A stretch of 41,633 nucleotides of DNA, from contig CAZAPD010000046.1 of the NCBI GenBank assembly GCA_964487115.1, positions 1-41,633 on the forward strand, written 5' to 3'. This DNA is from an uncultured Thermococci archaeon. GTDB lineage: Archaea > Methanobacteriota_B > Thermococci > Thermococcales > Thermococcaceae. Position numbers and translations under genes: made by a program. A model generated the notes under the pieces. It did not search any database. It worked only from the letters and a program-made list of their open reading frames with translations, and was not told the DNA's origin. Positions 31,839 through 40,521 of the stretch are shown here, piece after piece. Position 1 is the stretch's first letter. Each line of letters starts with the position of its first letter.

Positions 31839-31968
31839 TAGGCATCCCCCTCATGTGAGGTTCTTCAAATTTTATACTATAATTATATTATATAAACTTT
31901 TCTTTATTATTTTCAATAATATTTAAATAGTAAAAAATGAAAATATGAGTGTGTGAGAGGTGATAGAA
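31839..31968. promoter_or_regulatory. Divergent promoter region between the ABC operon and the trmB operon
   Basis: - strand GAAAAG-TTTATATA (about 31902-31889); + strand TTTAAATA (31922-31929); near-palindrome TATACTATAATTATA (31873-31887) and palindrome ATTATT-ttc-AATAAT (31906-31920). Confidence 0.6.
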
Positions 31969-33051
31969 ATGGGAGATTCATTAGCATCTCTTGTTGAAAA
32001 ACTTCAAGAACTCGGCCTTACAAAGAGAGAAGCAGAGGTTTACTTGGCAATATGGATGAAAAATGGTGCAACTGTAAAGGAGTTGCTCGATCTTCTTGAT
32101 GTGCACCAGCCTCAACTCTATAATATAATACAGAGTCTCATACGGAAGGGGTTTGTAAAAGCATCAGCAGGAAGACCAAGAATTTATATGGCAAGCGATA
32201 TCGTGCCTCTTATTGATGTACAAAAAATGAAACTTGATTTATTAAAAGAAAGCCTCCAAGAGGGACTAATAAAACTCAGAAATAGGACTGAAGAGGAAAC
32301 ACCCTATATATCCATTGTTAGGAGTCTGGAAGGAATCTTGGCAAGTATTATTGAAATCATCAATTCGGCTGAGATTGAAATTAGGGCTGAACTGCCGTAT
32401 ATCGTATTTAAGGAACTAAAGCAATATCTTTTAAGTGCTCTTCAGAGAGGCGTTAACCTGTACCTCTTAGTATATCCAGAAGAAGAAGCTTTTGGAGAGT
32501 TTCAAATGTTCAAGGATAGGGTTAAAATCAAAACTTCTGAGCTTGGAAATTTTCTACTTGTGATATCAGATCTCTCCGTTGCAGTATATTCAAAACGAAG
32601 GTTCTTTAGTTCCAAAAAACTCCCTGTCTCAAATTCAGAGGTCTATGGCTATGAAATTCAAGAGAAGGATCTCTTGTTGAGGCTTTTGAATATACACAAC
32701 AACCTCTGGAGAAAAGCTAAAGAAGTAATCTGTTGGGAACACACTCCTGAGGTTTATCCAAAGGTTTTACTTGAATTCTCTATGGCTCTTGATGAAATTG
32801 AGAATCTATTCAAGTTGGGGTATGTGCCCATTGTTACTGTTGAGGGGAGATATGTGAAAGATGGGCAGCCAGTAAAATTAACAGGAAAAGCTCGTTCAAT
32901 AAATATGGCAGGTATAATCAGTAATTTTGTTCTTGATATTGGTACCAGAGAAGTTACGATAGGAGGATTTGATGCGGAGGTTGAGGATATAGAAGCTCAG
33001 AAGGTAATAATCGAAAAAATTATTAAAAAACCGAAGGGGGGAAAGCCTTGA
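31969..33051 (+). CDS. TrmB-family sugar-sensing transcriptional regulator
   Basis: LGLTKREAEVY wHTH, L.RKGFV, GRP..Y, C-terminal IGGFDAEVEDIEA; GAGGTGA RBS. Confidence 0.92.
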   Translation: MGDSLASLVEKLQELGLTKREAEVYLAIWMKNGATVKELLDLLDVHQPQLYNIIQSLIRKGFVKASAGRPRIYMASDIVPLIDVQKMKLDLLKESLQEGLIKLRNRTEEETPYISIVRSLEGILASIIEIINSAEIEIRAELPYIVFKELKQYLLSALQRGVNLYLLVYPEEEAFGEFQMFKDRVKIKTSELGNFLLVISDLSVAVYSKRRFFSSKKLPVSNSEVYGYEIQEKDLLLRLLNIHNNLWRKAKEVICWEHTPEVYPKVLLEFSMALDEIENLFKLGYVPIVTVEGRYVKDGQPVKLTGKARSINMAGIISNFVLDIGTREVTIGGFDAEVEDIEAQKVIIEKIIKKPKGGKP

Positions 33052-33749
33052 ACAATATTGGTATAATCTGGGACTTCGATGGAGTTCTTGTTTTTACACC
33101 GCATGAAGAGGCATGGAAAAGAGCGGCTGAGTATTATGGAGCATCAGGGTTTAACCATGAATTCTATGTACGATATGTTTCAGGAAAACCCAGATATGAA
33201 GGTGCTGACAATATTCTGAAGCTTCTCGGGATATATGAAAAACTTGGTGCGGATAGTGCAACGAAAAAACGAGAGCTACTACACGAATTTGCAAATTTTA
33301 AAAATCAACTGATAAATCAGATGTTTGAAAATGGAGAGTACGAGATTAATGAGAATGCAATATGGTTTTTAATTAAAAGCAAAAAACTTGGTGTTAAACA
33401 TGCATTAGCATCAGCTTCAAAAAATGCAACTAAACTTGCAGAGAGAATAGAAGTCCGTTTTGAGAATCAAATTCTGCCCTTACGTTCATTATTCGATGTG
33501 AACGTGAGCGGAAAGGCCTCTTCAAAGGAAGAGGTCTTTAAATTAGCCGTTAGGGAGTTGAAAACCAAGTTCCCAGATTTGAAGTATCTGGCTGTAATTG
33601 AGGATTCCCCCACAGGTATAAAAGCAGCAAAGAAACTGGGGCTTTTCACCTTGGGATATGAGCGCGAAGCTAAACTCAATGCTGATTTAAGATTTGGAGA
33701 TTTTGATGAACTTAATTTGAACGATATTCGGAAGGGGGTATGTAAATGA
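33048..33749 (+). CDS. HAD-family beta-phosphoglucomutase-like protein
   Basis: WDFDGV, SGKPRYEG, ASASKNA, EDSPTGIKAA; TTG start coupled to trmB; next to GH65. Confidence 0.85.
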   Translation: MNNIGIIWDFDGVLVFTPHEEAWKRAAEYYGASGFNHEFYVRYVSGKPRYEGADNILKLLGIYEKLGADSATKKRELLHEFANFKNQLINQMFENGEYEINENAIWFLIKSKKLGVKHALASASKNATKLAERIEVRFENQILPLRSLFDVNVSGKASSKEEVFKLAVRELKTKFPDLKYLAVIEDSPTGIKAAKKLGLFTLGYEREAKLNADLRFGDFDELNLNDIRKGVCK

Positions 33750-36016
33750 GATATCGCTTTAGCTTCGAGAAGTTCGACCAAGATGCAGAGGCATTTTATG
33801 GAACACTTCTAACATTGGGGAATGGGTATTTAGGTATCAGAGGAGAGATTGAATTGGAACCCAGTTTGTATGGCACTACTATAGCCGGTGTATATGATTA
33901 TACCCCCTATTTCTACCGCGAGATTGTGAATGCTCCACGTGTTATTGGCATAAACCTATTCTTTAATGGGGAACCCATAAACCTCAGCACTCATAAAGTA
34001 CATAAGTATGAGAGAGAGCTTGACATCAAAAATGGCATTCTTAAAACTTCCGTTGAAATTCATTCTCAGTATAACGGCACGATTCAATATGAAAGTATCA
34101 GAGTTGTTCATGGAAAGCGAAAAAATGTGGTGATTCTTAAATTTAAAATAAAAGCCAGTAAATCAGGTAATTTAACTGTGATATCGCCTATAAACATAAA
34201 TACTGCAAATCCTCTTTACCGGCCAGAGATACTGGTGAAACATTATACTGTAAAGAAACAGAAAGATCTGAGTGATTCGGTATATGTAGAACTTGAAACC
34301 ACAGATGGAAAGTATAGAATAGGAATTGCAAGCTCGCTGGTACTGAATTTACCGAATTCTAAACATTTGAGATTCATCAATAAAAGTGTAAATTGCATTG
34401 CAGAGGTTTTTAATCTTGAGGTTGAAAAGGACAGGGAGTATGAGTTTGTAAAGTATATTATAGTAGATTTTGTTTCTTTTTCTAATTCCGGAAATTTAAA
34501 TTTAGAGTCTCATGTTTTGAACAGTCTCAGGGATATTCGGGAAAGGGGATTTGAGAGGCTGTATGAAGAACACAGGGATTACTGGAAAGAGATGTGGAAA
34601 GTTGCGAGCATCAAAATAAAAAGAGATGAAGAAGCTGAACGAGGTTTGCTCTTCAGTCTATTCCACCTAATGCAGAGTATTCCGGTGGATAGCAGGATTT
34701 CATTAACGGCAAGGGGTATTCATGGGTTTGGATATAGGGGGCATGTATTCTGGGATACAGAGATTTATGCCCTGCCGTTCTTTATGGCAGTTTTTCCAGA
34801 GAAGGCCAGGGAGATGCTGATATATCGCTACAATAACCTGAATGCTGCGAGGAAAAACGCAAAAGTTAATGGTTATAAAGGGGCTCAGTTTCCCTGGGAA
34901 TCAGCAGATGACGGATATGAGGCAACTCCTTCTATAATTCCAACGGACATGGCTGGAAAAGACGTCATTCGGATTTATACTGGGGAAGAGGAGCATCATA
35001 TAACAGCAGATATTGCATATGCTGTTGAGTTGTATTATAAATTTACCGGGGATATTGACTTCATGTCCGATTATGGACTTGAGATAATTTTTGAGACAGC
35101 ACGTTTCTGGGCGAGCAGAGTACGGTATGATAGGGACAGGGGGTATGTGATTGAAAAAGTAATTGGACCAGATGAGTATCATGAGCATGTGAACAACAAT
35201 TTTTTCACGAATTTAATGGCAAAATACAATCTCCTCTTAGGAGTGAAATATTTTAAACTCTCAAGGAAGTACGATAGATGGAGAGAAGTCGTAACCAAGA
35301 TCAACCTAACCGAAGAGGAAATCAAAAAATGGGAAGAAATTGCAGAAAAAATTTATATTCCCAGACAAAATGATGGTGTGTGGGAAGAGTTCGATGGATA
35401 TTTTGAGCTACTTGATTATACAGTTGACCCCTACGGTCTTGGAGAATATAGACTTCCAGCCGAAATACGGGAAAATCTCGGCAAAACAAAGCTCGTGAAG
35501 CAGGCTGATGTAATAGCCTTGCAGTATCTACTGAAGGAGCAGTTTAACATGGAGAACATAAGAAAGAACTTCAACTACTATCTCCCACGAACTACCCATG
35601 CATCTTCCCTTTCGATGCCTACATATGCCATTATTGCCTCATGGCTTGGATATGATGATATAGCATACGACTACTTCATGAAATGTGCACACATAGATCT
35701 GCATAACCTCTATGGCAACACACAGGAAGGTTTTCATGTGGCTACAGCAGGAGGGCTCTGGCAGATTCTGTTCAGGGGTTTCTGCGGAATTGACATAAAA
35801 GATGACACCTTGGAAATCCGCCCACATCTTCCTTCTAAGTGGGAAGAAGTTACCCTTAAATTTTACTTTAGGGGCAGTTTAATGGAGCTGATAATCCAAA
35901 AAAAGAAAGTAATTCTCAAAGTTGCCAAAGGGGAAAATGTTAAAAAGATTAAAATTAGGGTCTTCAACATAGAAACCTTGGTAACACCGGGAACTGAAGT
36001 TGTCTTGGAGGTGTAG
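33746..36016 (+). CDS. GH65 alpha-glucoside phosphorylase (kojibiose-phosphorylase-like)
   Basis: LGNGYLGIRG, GYRGHVFWDTE, FPWES, GPDEYHE, KQADV, HASSLS. Confidence 0.93.
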   Translation: MRYRFSFEKFDQDAEAFYGTLLTLGNGYLGIRGEIELEPSLYGTTIAGVYDYTPYFYREIVNAPRVIGINLFFNGEPINLSTHKVHKYERELDIKNGILKTSVEIHSQYNGTIQYESIRVVHGKRKNVVILKFKIKASKSGNLTVISPININTANPLYRPEILVKHYTVKKQKDLSDSVYVELETTDGKYRIGIASSLVLNLPNSKHLRFINKSVNCIAEVFNLEVEKDREYEFVKYIIVDFVSFSNSGNLNLESHVLNSLRDIRERGFERLYEEHRDYWKEMWKVASIKIKRDEEAERGLLFSLFHLMQSIPVDSRISLTARGIHGFGYRGHVFWDTEIYALPFFMAVFPEKAREMLIYRYNNLNAARKNAKVNGYKGAQFPWESADDGYEATPSIIPTDMAGKDVIRIYTGEEEHHITADIAYAVELYYKFTGDIDFMSDYGLEIIFETARFWASRVRYDRDRGYVIEKVIGPDEYHEHVNNNFFTNLMAKYNLLLGVKYFKLSRKYDRWREVVTKINLTEEEIKKWEEIAEKIYIPRQNDGVWEEFDGYFELLDYTVDPYGLGEYRLPAEIRENLGKTKLVKQADVIALQYLLKEQFNMENIRKNFNYYLPRTTHASSLSMPTYAIIASWLGYDDIAYDYFMKCAHIDLHNLYGNTQEGFHVATAGGLWQILFRGFCGIDIKDDTLEIRPHLPSKWEEVTLKFYFRGSLMELIIQKKKVILKVAKGENVKKIKIRVFNIETLVTPGTEVVLEV

Positions 36017-36019
36017 AAA

Positions 36020-36940
36020 TTGCTAAACCTTGAAATTCATGAAGGAAAAGTGCTGGTACCTCCTCTGAAAAAGCTGTCTTTTCCGATTTTGTCCCCTTCA
36101 GAGGAAGGCTTTGACTCAAAGAACATATACAACGCTGCATTAATAAAGGAAAGAGGCACTGTCGTAATGCTATACAGGGCGGAAAGCAAGGAAGATAACA
36201 TAACAGGAAGGATTGGTTTAGCCCTAAGTAAAGACGGAGTGGAGTTTCTAAGACATCCGAAACCTATAATCGAACCTGAATATGATTACGAAAAGAGAGG
36301 AGTTGAAGATCCAAGAATTGTTAAAGTTGGAAATAATTACTACCTGACATATACGGGGTATGACGGTAAGGTGGCGAAACTCTGCCTTGCGACTTCGAAG
36401 AACCTTGTGACTTGGGAGAAACACGGGCCAATCTTCGAAGAGTTCCCTCAAACCAACGGCTGGACAAAGAGCGGAGCAATCTTACCAATGAAGATGTCAA
36501 ATGGTAAGTTCAAAGGAGAGTACATAATGTATTTTGGAGATTCAAATATTTGGCTGGCTCATTCAGAGGACTTAATCCACTGGGAATATATTGAAGAACC
36601 TGTTTTGAGACCGAGAGAAGGGAAGTTCGACAGCATTCTTGTGGAACCGGGACCACCAGCCATAATGACAGACCTTGGAATAGTTCTTATCTACAACAGC
36701 GCAGGGATGTATGATGGAATTAGAAAATACAAAGCTGGTATAGCAGTTTTTGACCGGGAAGATCCCACCAAGCTTGTGGCAAGAAGCGAAGAACCTATTT
36801 TAGAACCTACCTATGAATGGGAAATCAACGGATGGGTAGACAACGTCGTCTTTATTGAGGGCCTCGTGGAGCATGAGGGAAGAATTTACCTATACTATGG
36901 AGGGGCAGACCGATACATTGGCTTAGCTTATTGGGAGTAG
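36020..36940 (+). CDS. GH130 family beta-mannoside-active enzyme, hydrolase-type motifs
   Basis: YNAA, MLYRA, GVEDPRI, YTGYDG, EPGPP, NVVF, YYGGAD; TTG start after GGAGGTG. Confidence 0.88.
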   Translation: MLNLEIHEGKVLVPPLKKLSFPILSPSEEGFDSKNIYNAALIKERGTVVMLYRAESKEDNITGRIGLALSKDGVEFLRHPKPIIEPEYDYEKRGVEDPRIVKVGNNYYLTYTGYDGKVAKLCLATSKNLVTWEKHGPIFEEFPQTNGWTKSGAILPMKMSNGKFKGEYIMYFGDSNIWLAHSEDLIHWEYIEEPVLRPREGKFDSILVEPGPPAIMTDLGIVLIYNSAGMYDGIRKYKAGIAVFDREDPTKLVARSEEPILEPTYEWEINGWVDNVVFIEGLVEHEGRIYLYYGGADRYIGLAYWE

Positions 36941-36997
36941 GCTCGGAGGGTGTTCACGTCATCATCTCTCAGCATGCTTGCTAATCGTCATCGCCTG
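36939..36997 (-). ncRNA. Candidate box C/D sRNA
   Basis: GCGAUGA (C) - guide - CUGA (D') - AUGAUGA (C') - guide - CCGA (D); AGGC/GCCU terminal complementarity; TATA-like TTAAAAA about 21 bp upstream. Confidence 0.7.
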
Positions 36998-37197
36998 AAC
37001 CTTTCTTTTCTTCTGGGTTTTTAAGTTTAGTTATGGTGTGTATGCATTTTTTAGCCTTAAGAATTGTTCTGTGGCAGTGGAACTCCATCTCAAAGAGGGA
37101 TCAAACCGAACCTCAAAAGGAGAGGAAGCTAATATAAACGCCTTTATGATGGATAAGTTTTTAGGCATAAATGCTTAAAGATTCGATGGTGATTGAA

Positions 37198-38397
37198 ATG
37201 ATTCATGCATCTAAAAGAGCTATGGGGATTGAATATGCTATTAGAGATGTTGTTTTGCCGGCTCGGGAACTTGAAAAACAGGGTATAAAAGTTATCCGAT
37301 TGAACATTGGAGACCCAGGAAAGTATGATTTTCAGCCTCCAAAGCACATGAAGGAAGCTTACTGTAAAGCTATTATGGAAGGTCACAATTATTATGGAGC
37401 CAGTGAGGGACTACCTGAGCTTAGAGAAGCAGTAGTTCAGAGGGAAAAGAAGAAGAACGGTGTTGATATAACTCCAGAGGACGTTCGTATTACTGCAGCT
37501 GTCACAGAAGCGTTGCAGTTTATATTTGGAGCTCTATTAGATCCGGGAGATAACATCCTCGTTCCGAGTCCCAGCTATCCGCCATATACTGGTTTGGTTA
37601 AATTCTATGGGGGTATCCCCAATGAATACCTGACGGTCGAGGAAAACGGATGGCAGCCGGACATTGATGATATGAGAAAAAGAATAGATGAAAAAACAAA
37701 GGCTATAGCTGTCATCAATCCAAACAATCCAACAGGAGCACTTTATGAAAAGAAAACGATCAGGGATATACTTGATCTCGCCGGTGAATATGACCTCCCT
37801 GTCATCAGCGACGAGATATATGACCTCATGACATATGAGGGAAAACACATTTCGCCTGCATCGCTTACTGAGGATGTCCCAGTTATTGTTATGAACGGGA
37901 TGTCTAAGGTTTACTTTGCCACAGGCTGGCGGTTGGGATACTTCTACTATGTTGACCCGGAGAATAAACTTGTGGAAGTAAGAGAAGCCATTGATAGGAT
38001 GGCCAGAATAAGAATATGTCCCAACACTCCCGGACAATTTGGTGCAATAGCAGGTTTAACAGGTCCAATGGACTATCTCAAAGAATACATGACCAAGCTT
38101 AAGGAGAGGAGGGACTACATATACAACCGTCTAAATGAAATTCCCGGCATAAGTACTCAAAAACCCCAAGGGGCATTTTACATCTTTCCAAAGATAGAGG
38201 AACGGTCAAAATGGAAAGACGACAAGGAGTTTGTGCTTGATGCCTTAAACGAAGCCCATGTACTATTTGTTCATGGATCAGGATTCGGAAAGGCAGGAAA
38301 GTGGCACTTTAGAATAGTCTTTCTACCTCCAGTTGAGATTCTGGAGGAAGCTATGAATAATTTTGAAGCTTTCATGAAGAAAAGGCTTGGGGCATGA
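37198..38397 (+). CDS. Class I PLP aminotransferase, alanine aminotransferase type
   Basis: IEYAIRD, LNIGDP, INPNNPTG, DEIYD, SKVYFATGWRLG. Confidence 0.9.
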   Translation: MIHASKRAMGIEYAIRDVVLPARELEKQGIKVIRLNIGDPGKYDFQPPKHMKEAYCKAIMEGHNYYGASEGLPELREAVVQREKKKNGVDITPEDVRITAAVTEALQFIFGALLDPGDNILVPSPSYPPYTGLVKFYGGIPNEYLTVEENGWQPDIDDMRKRIDEKTKAIAVINPNNPTGALYEKKTIRDILDLAGEYDLPVISDEIYDLMTYEGKHISPASLTEDVPVIVMNGMSKVYFATGWRLGYFYYVDPENKLVEVREAIDRMARIRICPNTPGQFGAIAGLTGPMDYLKEYMTKLKERRDYIYNRLNEIPGISTQKPQGAFYIFPKIEERSKWKDDKEFVLDALNEAHVLFVHGSGFGKAGKWHFRIVFLPPVEILEEAMNNFEAFMKKRLGA

Positions 38398-38402
38398 GGC
38401 CC

Positions 38403-38606
38403 CTATCCTCCAGAGACGACTGGGATTACCTCAACGAAGTCTCCATCTTTAACAGAATCATCTTCCAGAGCTACTTTTCCATTTATTTTTGCTATCGCGC
38501 TTTCAGTGTTGAATCCCAATATATAAAGGATATCTTTTACCCTCATGCTCTTCTGCCACTTGATTTCTTTTTCTATGCCTCTTCCCAGAACCTTCACCCT
38601 AATCAT
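38403..38606 (-). CDS. MoaD/ThiS ubiquitin-like sulfur carrier (SAMP-like)
   Basis: 67 aa beta-grasp protein ending IPVVSGG; ATG at 38606 after GGTGAT. Confidence 0.9.
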   Translation of the reverse strand: MIRVKVLGRGIEKEIKWQKSMRVKDILYILGFNTESAIAKINGKVALEDDSVKDGDFVEVIPVVSGG

Positions 38607-38652
38607 TGCCATCACCGAAAGGCATATCTTTCTATTGCTTATAAAATCTCCC

Positions 38653-38714
38653 GGCCGAGGAGGAGCATTTGGCCCGGCACCGATAGGATGAGGATGGCCA
38701 CCACTTCCGAGGCC
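38653..38714 (+). ncRNA. Candidate box C/D sRNA, likely 16S rRNA guide
   Basis: GGCC stem, CCGAGGA (C-like), CCGA (D'), AGGAUGA (C'), guide AUGGCCACCACUU, CCGA (D), GGCC; GC-rich island in an intergenic region. Confidence 0.65.
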
Positions 38715-38934
38715 AGCATGTTTGACCAAAAATGCCCAAAAGAAGGAATCGAAAGTAAACACGCTCAAGTTTGAAGGAGTCTGTACTCATGCTGGGTGAT
38801 TTGAAACAGAGCGCCTGAGGGCATTCAAGCATGAAAACACGCTTTAAAATTTTAGAAGGCAAACTTACAATGGATCCGGCACAAAGGTATGCCAAACTTT
38901 AATGAAACATTTGCCAAGTAAAAGTCTCCAATGA

Positions 38935-39009
38935 TGGAGCCGGGAGGGGGATTTGAACCCCCGTAAAGCGGATCTGCAGTCCACCGCCTCACCTCTAGGC
39001 TATCCCGGC
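38935..39009 (-). tRNA. tRNA-Cys (GCA)
   Basis: GCCGGGA acceptor stem, anticodon arm GTGGA-CTGCAGA-TCCGC, T-loop GGTTCAAATCC, encoded CCA. Confidence 0.96.
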
Positions 39010-39023
39010 AAAACGCAGAAATA

Positions 39024-39110
39024 TGGCGCCGCGGAGGGGATTTGAACCCCTGAGGGACCACGCCCACCGGCTTAGCAGGCCGGCGCCCTACCAGGCTAGG
39101 CTACCGCGGC
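39024..39110 (-). tRNA. tRNA-Ser (GCT)
   Basis: GCCGCGG acceptor stem, anticodon arm CCGGC-CTGCTAA-GCCGG, long variable arm, encoded CCA; TATA TTTAAATA at 39148-39141. Confidence 0.96.
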
Positions 39111-39238
39111 ACTTGGCAGTTTATTATGAGCGGAGATGGGTATTTAAATCTTGCGGACGTGACATTAAAAGCTTTTTGAACAACTTCTGAAGTCCCCCAA
39201 TAAACAATAAATACCCCCTGCATACTATAGCATAATTG

Positions 39239-40471
39239 ATGACCCAGCTCTTCAATTCAAAGCTCTGTGCAATCTGTAAGGGAAGAAAACTCCTATGTGG
39301 CAGACCTACTTGCCCAATCCTCGAACGATTCAGGGTAGCCAAGAGCATCGAGTCAAAGTTAAATAAAAGAGAAATTTTTGGTTCTTCACCTCCGAGTATT
39401 TTTGTCGGAGAATATGGATATCCAAGGGTTAGAATCGGCCCCTTGGTACCTCCTATCGAGGGGAACACTTCAAATCTTGACAGCCCGCTTAAGTGGGAGG
39501 ATAAAAGCATAAAAGACATCCTTTACTACCGCTCTCTCCTTGTTATGGGAGAAACAAAAGCAGATGTGCATATAAAAAAGAGCGGCAGGATTCTTGGGGA
39601 AGTTCAGGAGCTGGCCATGTCAATAAGGCCTGTTGATAGTGAAATTCTCCTCAAAAGAAAGCCCGTTCTAAAAGTCCTGCCCAGTGAATTCGCTCCTCCA
39701 GTAGGACCAAAGGCTGAACTCCTTGATTTTGAGTTAACTGAAAATCCAAGGATTCCCAGGAGAACTGATTATGTCGTTAGTGATGAGCTGAAAGCAGAAC
39801 AGGCCATAATGAGACTTTACAATTGGGGTTTTGATGAGTATTACATAATTCGCCTTCTTTCCGCTGGGCTTTTGGGTATTAACAAAAAGCTCGTCCCGAC
39901 GAGATGGAGTATAACGGCGGTTCAGGATACGATAGGTAAAAACCTCAGGAAAGAAATTCTCACATATCCAGAAATTGGGGATTATGAAGCTTATTTCTAC
40001 GAATTTCTTGGTAACCGCTATGGAGTGGTTTTGATGCCTGAGAGCTATGCCTTTGAGCTTCTTGAAGTATGGCTTAAAGGCTCGCTCTTTGGAAGTGCGG
40101 AGCCCCAAGTAATTCATGATTATGAAGATTTTCGTGGAATCAAAGGTTATGCGGTCCAAACCACAGGAGCCTACTATGCTGCCCGGCTGAGTGTTCTTGA
40201 GACCCTCAGAGCGAGAAGAAGAAGTGCGAGAATTTTAGTATTCAGAGAAGTGACACCTAAGTATTATGCTCCTGTTGGTGTGTGGCAGATCCGTTTAGGG
40301 GTTAAAAAAGCTATGAACAGCCCAGTTGGAAGATTCAGTACTCTTGCAGAAGCTCTGAACTCTCTTGGACAGTTCCTTGAACATCCTTTCGAACGCTATC
40401 TTGAAAAAAGCTGGCTTCTCAAGCTGAGAAAGCAGCAAACTCTTGATGACTTTTTAAATATCTCTCCGTAA
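39239..40471 (+). CDS. nreA: Nre family DNA repair protein
   Basis: LC..CKGRKLLCGRPTCP, GSSPPSIFVG..GYP, LVPTRWSITAV, C-terminal PIP box QQTLDDFL. Confidence 0.93.
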   Translation: MTQLFNSKLCAICKGRKLLCGRPTCPILERFRVAKSIESKLNKREIFGSSPPSIFVGEYGYPRVRIGPLVPPIEGNTSNLDSPLKWEDKSIKDILYYRSLLVMGETKADVHIKKSGRILGEVQELAMSIRPVDSEILLKRKPVLKVLPSEFAPPVGPKAELLDFELTENPRIPRRTDYVVSDELKAEQAIMRLYNWGFDEYYIIRLLSAGLLGINKKLVPTRWSITAVQDTIGKNLRKEILTYPEIGDYEAYFYEFLGNRYGVVLMPESYAFELLEVWLKGSLFGSAEPQVIHDYEDFRGIKGYAVQTTGAYYAARLSVLETLRARRRSARILVFREVTPKYYAPVGVWQIRLGVKKAMNSPVGRFSTLAEALNSLGQFLEHPFERYLEKSWLLKLRKQQTLDDFLNISP

Positions 40472-40521
40472 GCTCTTCCCATTGCATTAACTTTTTTAAT
40501 TCTCTCCACATATTCTCTCCT

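Noticed and set aside
36973..36987. sRNA guide UUAGCAAGC as targeting the tRNA-Ser(GCU) in this window
   Set aside because: Only 6 contiguous pairs, with mismatches around the position that would be methylated
38607..38768. N-terminal extension of the ThiS/MoaD ORF
   Set aside because: RBS and TATA support a start at 38606; the extension overlaps the promoter and a candidate sRNA
38852..39519. ORFs 38852..39067 and 39124..39519
   Set aside because: Overlap tRNA genes or are antisense to nreA
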